From the NCBI GenBank assembly GCA_964619265.1, contig CAZUCE010000017.1:1-64000 (forward strand): a stretch of 64,000 nucleotides of DNA. Reading direction: 5' to 3'. The DNA is from an uncultured Planctomycetaceae bacterium. Its GTDB lineage: Bacteria; Planctomycetota; UBA1135; GCA-002686595. This document shows, one piece after another, positions 58,635 to 64,000 of this stretch (within the stretch, counting starts at the first letter, position 1; the number at the start of each line of letters is the position of its first letter). A program made the translations under genes and the position numbers. Under the pieces are notes generated by a model. It saw nothing but the letters and a program-made list of their open reading frames with translations. It ran no database searches and was not told the origin of the DNA.

Positions 58635-60131
58635 ATGTTTCCCGCAGACCTCGCTTCCTCTCCGCCGACCCGCAGCCCAGCGCTGGCGCTGGCACTCCTG
58701 GCCGCCTCCTGCGGGCGACCGGCTGGGGACCTCGATTCGGGGCCGGCGCCGGCCGAGACTTCCCAGCCGCCGCTGCTCGTGATCTCGCTCGACACCCTGC
58801 GCGCGGATCGCTTGGGCTGTTATGGATACGAGCGACCGACTTCCCCTGCGGTGGACTCGCTTGCGGCGGGCGGCGTTCTGTTCGAAGACGTGGCTTCCCC
58901 CTCGGCGAAGACGGCAACTTCGCACATGTCTATGTTCACCGGGCTGCACCCGGGCGTCCATGGGGTTCGCAACACCTACGGAGGCACTGCGTTCGCTCCC
59001 CACCGAGATTTGATCACGATCTTCGAGGCGGCCAAGCGCGACGGCTATGTCACGGTCGGTTTCACCGGCGGCGGGATGATGTCGGCCGAGCTTGGCTTCG
59101 GCCGGGGATTTGACCTGTACGACGCGCGCGGTGGGGGCGGCGATCGAGTCTTTGCTCGCGCCAGCGAATGGCTGGAAACCGAAGTGGCGTTGATCGAAGA
59201 CGAGCCGCTGGCGCTGCTGGTGCACACCTACGAGATTCACGATCCGTACACGCCGCCGGCCCCCTGGCGCGAACGATTCGTCGACCCGGACTACGCGGGC
59301 GCGATCGACCCCACGCGGGTCGAGTTGCCGATCGACGCCGCCGAAACCTGGAAGACGAACCCCCAGTTTTATACAGAGGTTCAGGATCGATTCTGGGGTG
59401 GTTACGACGGCGCGAGCACCGCGGACCTCGCGTACTTGAGCGACCTGTACGACGCAGGCATCGCCTACACCGACTCACTGCTGGGGGAATTTCTGACCGA
59501 CGTCTCCGCAACACGGCTCGGCCGGGAGGGGCTGATCGTTCTGACCTCCGATCACGGGGACGAGTTCTCCGAGCATGGCAATCTGACCCACCAGTCGATT
59601 TACCAGGAAATCCTGCATGTGCCGCTGGTGTTTCGATTGCCGCCCGGTGATCCGGATGCGGCCGTTCGAGCTGGCGCTCGCATCCAGCGTCCGGTGCGCG
59701 GCATCGATCTGGGGCCTAGCCTGGCCGAGTGGTGCGGGGTCGCTCTGTCCGAGCAGGTACAGGGAATCTCGCTGTTGCCCGAAGTCCGCGGTGGCGTGGC
59801 TCTCAATCTACCGACCTGGTCCGAGATCGGTTCGGTGGCCAACGAATTCGCCAGTCTTCGGGACGGGCCCTACAAGTTGATCGCGCGCAAAGCTGAAACC
59901 GGCTTGGGCGAACTCTACGACTTGAATCTCGATCGCGGCGAGCGCTTCGATCGGCGCGAGGCCTACCCCGAAAAGTTCGAGCAGTTCCGATCCGAGCTAG
60001 ACCGAATCGTTCAGGCCCATCGTGACCTGGCGGTTCGTTTCCCCCCCGCGGTCGTCGAGATGGGGGCCGAAGCACTCGGTGCGTTGCAGGCGCTTGGGTA
60101 TACCGAAGAGAGCAAGAAAGAGGAGGAATAA
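58635..60131 (+). CDS. sulfatase-like hydrolase/transferase lipoprotein (alkaline phosphatase superfamily)
   Basis: ALALLAASCG lipobox. LLVISLDTLRADRLGCYG metal-binding N-terminus and a DHGDEFSEHGNLTH C-terminal metal site. The nucleophile region is SPSAKTATSH rather than C/S-x-P-x-R. Confidence 0.75.
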   Translation: MFPADLASSPPTRSPALALALLAASCGRPAGDLDSGPAPAETSQPPLLVISLDTLRADRLGCYGYERPTSPAVDSLAAGGVLFEDVASPSAKTATSHMSMFTGLHPGVHGVRNTYGGTAFAPHRDLITIFEAAKRDGYVTVGFTGGGMMSAELGFGRGFDLYDARGGGGDRVFARASEWLETEVALIEDEPLALLVHTYEIHDPYTPPAPWRERFVDPDYAGAIDPTRVELPIDAAETWKTNPQFYTEVQDRFWGGYDGASTADLAYLSDLYDAGIAYTDSLLGEFLTDVSATRLGREGLIVLTSDHGDEFSEHGNLTHQSIYQEILHVPLVFRLPPGDPDAAVRAGARIQRPVRGIDLGPSLAEWCGVALSEQVQGISLLPEVRGGVALNLPTWSEIGSVANEFASLRDGPYKLIARKAETGLGELYDLNLDRGERFDRREAYPEKFEQFRSELDRIVQAHRDLAVRFPPAVVEMGAEALGALQALGYTEESKKEEE

Positions 60132-60136
60132 GCCGA

Positions 60137-60171
60137 AACCCAGCGCGAGGTTTGCGCCTCGCACTGGGTTT
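60137..60171. terminator. bidirectional hairpin (AAACCCAG..GCGAGG..CCTCGC..CTGGGTTT) between convergent sulfatase-like and TelA-like genes
   Basis: Seen directly, 6 nt after the TAA stop. Confidence 0.45.
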
Positions 60172-60207
60172 CAAGTCAAAGGGCCTCTGGCCTGATTCTT
60201 CGCAGAC

Positions 60208-61404
60208 TCAGGACTCGAGCGCAAACTTGGCCAACGTCTGCTGGACCTTGCGCTTGCCATCCTCGACCACGCGACGGATCTCTTTCGCGTTTTCTTCGCT
60301 CTCCCGTCGCAGCTCCGCGATCATCTCAAGCGATTCGACCTGGTAGGAGGAGATCGCGTTGACGAGCTTCTCGACGGACTCGGGGCTGATGGTGGACCCG
60401 TACCCTGCTTTCAGCGCGGCACGTTCCAGTTCGCGCCCCAGCTCGGCGACATCTTCGATGCCTTTGTTGACGCCTTCCTTCATGGCCTCGGTCGATTGGG
60501 TCGCCTCGTGCAGGCCGTGCTGGGAGGTGTAAACCGCGCCAAGGATCGTGAAGACGTGCTCGTTGGTGGTGAAGAAGGTCACCGAACGACGGTAGACCTG
60601 GTCTTTTACATCATGCGTTTGCTTTAGCTTCGCGATCAGCGTCTCGCCAACGTCGTAGCCGATCGACAAGTTCTCGGCGATGTCCTTGATGAGCTGGAAG
60701 GCGCGGTCCTGGACGCTGAACAGGTGGTTGGCCTCGTCGCGCTTGAGCTCGAGCTTGGATTTGTCGTTTTCGGCGTCGCCGGCGTAAGCGTCGACGGCTT
60801 CCTGGGCCGCTTTGAGCTGAGCCCGGTGCTCTTCGAGGATCTCTGACTGCATGACTTGCAGTTCGCGAGCTGCGACCTCGGATTCCTTGAGGGCGAAGCG
60901 GAAGTCGATGTAGCCATCCATGATGGCCTGTTCCTTCTCGAGCTGCGTGCGCGTGTCCTTGGACACGTCCTGATAGACCTCGGTGATCTTCTCGAAACGA
61001 TCCGAGGGCGTGCCGCGGCGAATCTTCATCCAGACGTTCGAGACTTTCTCGGTCAGGCTGATTTTGCCATCGTCCAGTTGAGCGATCAGGCGCTTCGAGT
61101 CGTCGCGGACCGAGTCGAACAGTTGCGTGATCTCCATGTAGCGGTTGCCGATTTGAATGTCCTGGACGTTGTCCCGGACCATGGCATTGAACGCGCTCAT
61201 GTATTTGACGGTCTTGGCGATCGAGAGCACGCGGGCCTCGTCGATGGGGCGTACCTCATCGAGCAGGCGCGTCAATTCGGGTTGCTGGTCGTCCTTGGGA
61301 AGGATTCCGTAGTCGCCGAGCACCTCGACGGCACGGTCCAGATACTTGGCGAGGCCGCGCGTTTCGGGCACGACGGCGGGGTGAGTGGTGGACTCGGGGC
61401 TCAT
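60208..61404 (-). CDS. TelA/YaaN-like (toxic anion resistance family) all-alpha protein
   Basis: ATG revcomp 61402-61404, preceded by AGGAGG at -7. 398 aa, all-helical with the TelA-like length and pattern. The family assignment is from memory and not verified. Confidence 0.6.
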   Translation of the reverse strand: MSPESTTHPAVVPETRGLAKYLDRAVEVLGDYGILPKDDQQPELTRLLDEVRPIDEARVLSIAKTVKYMSAFNAMVRDNVQDIQIGNRYMEITQLFDSVRDDSKRLIAQLDDGKISLTEKVSNVWMKIRRGTPSDRFEKITEVYQDVSKDTRTQLEKEQAIMDGYIDFRFALKESEVAARELQVMQSEILEEHRAQLKAAQEAVDAYAGDAENDKSKLELKRDEANHLFSVQDRAFQLIKDIAENLSIGYDVGETLIAKLKQTHDVKDQVYRRSVTFFTTNEHVFTILGAVYTSQHGLHEATQSTEAMKEGVNKGIEDVAELGRELERAALKAGYGSTISPESVEKLVNAISSYQVESLEMIAELRRESEENAKEIRRVVEDGKRKVQQTLAKFALES

Positions 61405-61502
61405 GGCTACCTCCTGGGTGGGCCGGAGGTTAGCATCCCCCGGGCTTCCTCCGATCAAGACGCCGAGTTGTTCGCGCATCCGGCGCCCTGCCCGCCCACG
61501 AT

Positions 61503-62543
61503 TTGACCGAGTCCTCCGCCAGCCCGACCGAGCCAGCCCCGGGTCCCAGCTCCACGAGCCTGGGCCGGCGCCCGGTCGGTGCGTCGCTGGAGCCGGCGCT
61601 GCCCGGTTCGACGGACGATTTGGCGCTGAACGAGATGCTCCAGATCCTCGATGCGGCCAGCACGCTGAGGAAGGAGCGCACCAAAGCGAGTCTGGCGCTT
61701 GAGGACCACGAAACGAAGCGGATGCTGCGCGATCGCCTGCTGGAGGCCGCGAGGGTTTCTGGCGACCGCGTGACCGACGCCGAAGTCGAGGCGGCGATCG
61801 AACGTTACTACGCAACGCTGCACGCCTTCGAGCCGGCGGAAGCCGGCCTGGAACGCTGGTTGGCCCATCTTTACATTCGGCGTGGCCGCATCGTCGCGAT
61901 CGGCGGGGGAGTCCTTGTCTGGCTCGGCCTGGTTTGGTGGTTGTTCCTTTCAGGCTCCGGTCCGTTCTCCAGCTCCGGACGTGAATCGCGCGCTCTGCGC
62001 AGCGCGATGGAGAGTATCGAGTCCAACCACTCCGAACTCACCGCCCTCGCGATCGACCCCGGCGTCGACGCTCAACTCGACCAGACTCTTCGCCGTGCGC
62101 GGGATCTAGAGCAAGCGCGGAGCGTCAATGAGCTGAAAGAGCTCGATGCGGAGTTGGACAAACTCGGTCAGCAGCTCCGGCGCGAGTTTCGCTTGTTGGT
62201 GGTGTCCGAATCCGGCGAACTCTCCGGCGTGATTCGAGATTTTGACGGCGAGCTCTCTGGCCACTACCTGATTGTCGAAGCGGAAGGCCCGGATGGGAAG
62301 CCTGTTCGGCTTCCGGTGCGGTCGGCTGAATTCGATCGGGTGCGTGTCGTTGCGCGCTGGGGTGAGTGGGTTCCCGAAGCCGTTTACAATCGGATCCTTG
62401 CGGACAAACGTGCCGATGGGATCGTCGACGAGCGGCTGGTCGCTGAAAAAGAACGCGGACGACTCGAGCTCCAGATTCGACTGCTTGGCGCCGATGGCGC
62501 GCCGGTGGAATTGCGACGCCAGATCACGGAGTGGGACGAGTAA
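61503..62543 (+). CDS. single-TM hypothetical protein (346 aa)
   Basis: TTG start at 61503; an alternative ATG lies at 61635. TM IVAIGGGVLVWLGLVWWLFL. Divergent from the TelA-like gene. Confidence 0.5.
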   Translation: MTESSASPTEPAPGPSSTSLGRRPVGASLEPALPGSTDDLALNEMLQILDAASTLRKERTKASLALEDHETKRMLRDRLLEAARVSGDRVTDAEVEAAIERYYATLHAFEPAEAGLERWLAHLYIRRGRIVAIGGGVLVWLGLVWWLFLSGSGPFSSSGRESRALRSAMESIESNHSELTALAIDPGVDAQLDQTLRRARDLEQARSVNELKELDAELDKLGQQLRREFRLLVVSESGELSGVIRDFDGELSGHYLIVEAEGPDGKPVRLPVRSAEFDRVRVVARWGEWVPEAVYNRILADKRADGIVDERLVAEKERGRLELQIRLLGADGAPVELRRQITEWDE

Positions 62544-62547
62544 AGCG

Positions 62548-64000
62548 ATGTGCAACGGCGGTGAGTACTTTCAACGATTGCGGCGCGCCGCGGTGGATCT
62601 TCGCCAGCGTGCGGACCGTTCGTCCAGCAAGCTGGACGGGCGTCGCGCGCGACTCAAGGACATCGTCGCCAAGCGTGGGGACTCCCTGCTCGAGTTGGCC
62701 CGCCACTACTTGCCCGAATTCAACGAGGGCTCGGTTTCCGAGACCTTTGGCGAGGTGCGCCACGATCTCGAACTCCTGCTAGAGGAACGCTCAGGCCGGC
62801 TCGAGGAACTGGACCGCGGCATCGAGGCCGCCGATCGCGAGTTGGATCTGGCGGAGTCCGACCTGGATCAACTGACCGAGGAGCTCGACGCCAAGGTTGC
62901 CGAGCGGGACGATCTGGAGGAGCAGCTGGCGGAGATGCTGACCCGAGACGAGGTGTTTATCGAGCTGTCTCGTTCCGCCGCCGAGTCCGAGGACCGGCTA
63001 GAGCGCAATGAAGAGCGCATCGCGGAGCTTGAGCGTGAGGCTGCCGAGAAGCTCCCCGCCTACGAGAGCGACCGGCTGTTCCGCTATCTGGTGGATCGCA
63101 AATTCGGAACCGCGGACTACACCCGTCGAGGATTGATCCGACGACTGGATCGTTGGGTGGCCGGACTCGTGAAGTTTCAGGCCGCAAAGCGCAGCTACGA
63201 CTTCCTGCGAGTGACGCCGCTGCTGGTTCGGCAAGAGGTCGAGCGTCGCGGTGAGCAATTCGAGCAGCTCATGAAGCAAGTCGAAGAACACCGCGACAGG
63301 TTGGCCGGGGAACTAGGCCTCGAAGCGGCCCTAGCTGAAGGCATCCGGCTGGGGCAACGCCGCGACGACCTGGCCGAGCGGACCGAAGCGCTGCATGCCG
63401 AGCAGGAGGAGCGCCTGGTGGAACGCAGCGCGATCGAACAGAGCAGGGGCCGCTTTTACGGAGAGGCGCTTCAGCAGTTGCGCGACTTCTTGGCGCGCAC
63501 GAAGGAAGCAGCCCTGGCGGATCACGCCCGCTCCACGCCGTCGCGCCGCGACGATCAACTGGTCGAGCGCATTCGAGACGCGAACGAGGATCTCGACGAC
63601 CTCGGTGAGGATCTCGAAGAAGACGAGCGCAAGGTTGGAGACCTACTTTCGCGCGCCAGTGGGCTGGAGGAACTGCTGGGTCTATACCGGCGACAGAACT
63701 TTGATTCCTCACGCTCCCGATTCCAAGGTGACGCTCCCAAGCGTGAACTCAAGGACTACACCCGGGGCTTTCTGAGCAAGGCTCAGCTGTGGGATGCGAT
63801 CAAGCGCCGCCAGCGGTTCTTGCCCCAAAGCCGCCGATCGAGCCGCTCCGGTTCGCGGGGTAGGTCGCGCTCGTATCCGGGCGGCCAACGCCCGGGCAAG
63901 CCGGTCACCGAATCCGTGATCGACGCCGTCGGCGACGCGCTGCGAGGCGCGATGGCCCGCGGGATCTTCCGGCGCGGGCGCCAAGGCGGCTGGCAGTGGG
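62548..64000 (+). CDS. long coiled-coil protein, 3-prime partial (runs off the window end)
   Basis: ATG 62548, 4 nt after the upstream TAA. Frame 1 is open for at least 484 codons to the end of the window, with strong coding bias. Absent from the ORF track because there is no stop inside the window. E/R/L-rich coiled-coil, and a C-terminal RS-rich region. Confidence 0.6.
   Translation, partial: MCNGGEYFQRLRRAAVDLRQRADRSSSKLDGRRARLKDIVAKRGDSLLELARHYLPEFNEGSVSETFGEVRHDLELLLEERSGRLEELDRGIEAADRELDLAESDLDQLTEELDAKVAERDDLEEQLAEMLTRDEVFIELSRSAAESEDRLERNEERIAELEREAAEKLPAYESDRLFRYLVDRKFGTADYTRRGLIRRLDRWVAGLVKFQAAKRSYDFLRVTPLLVRQEVERRGEQFEQLMKQVEEHRDRLAGELGLEAALAEGIRLGQRRDDLAERTEALHAEQEERLVERSAIEQSRGRFYGEALQQLRDFLARTKEAALADHARSTPSRRDDQLVERIRDANEDLDDLGEDLEEDERKVGDLLSRASGLEELLGLYRRQNFDSSRSRFQGDAPKRELKDYTRGFLSKAQLWDAIKRRQRFLPQSRRSSRSGSRGRSRSYPGGQRPGKPVTESVIDAVGDALRGAMARGIFRRGRQGGWQW

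Overview
This 64-kb window is a high-GC (about 68%) bacterial chromosomal segment. It is densely packed with about 50 protein-coding genes and has no rRNA, tRNA, CRISPR array or mobile element that I can support. Genes are largely housekeeping and envelope-related. Clearly recognisable are topA (with a lysine-rich C-tail), mutS, pckA, dapF, prmA, a DinG-family helicase, a Leu/Val dehydrogenase, type-II methionine aminopeptidase, a PPK2-zwf-pgl-gnd block, SufT/DUF59, a UDP-sugar epimerase and an NfeD-flotillin pair. There are many lipoproteins, including an LpoB/YcfL cluster. There are large secreted beta-propeller proteins (He_PIG plus lactonase-like propellers, a GSDH-type sugar dehydrogenase fused to PKD domains, ASPIC/UnbV FG-GAP). 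There is an ECF sigma factor followed by a polytopic Ser/Thr kinase and a sulfatase-like lipoprotein, and a TelA-like gene. The most notable find is an ORF-caller-invisible SelW/Rdx-family selenoprotein gene (52611..52865). It has an in-frame UGA in the C-x-x-U redox motif and a stem-loop 11 nt downstream that fits a bacterial SECIS. Its start codon sits inside a 12-bp hairpin. Its stop overlaps, as GTGA, the start of a DUF695/RraB gene. A recurring theme is 4-nt start/stop overlaps (ATGA, GTGA, TTGA) at nine gene junctions. I used this to refine several starts, including non-ATG starts. Other observations are a low-molecular-weight protein tyrosine phosphatase (LMW-PTP) gene with no canonical start codon, two unusually long lower-GC noncoding regions (about 1.1 kb and 0.7 kb), several perfect GC-rich bidirectional terminator hairpins, and small tandem repeats. 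A final coiled-coil gene (62548 to the window end) is absent from the ORF track because it runs off the end. All functional calls come from motif recognition by eye; no database search was run.
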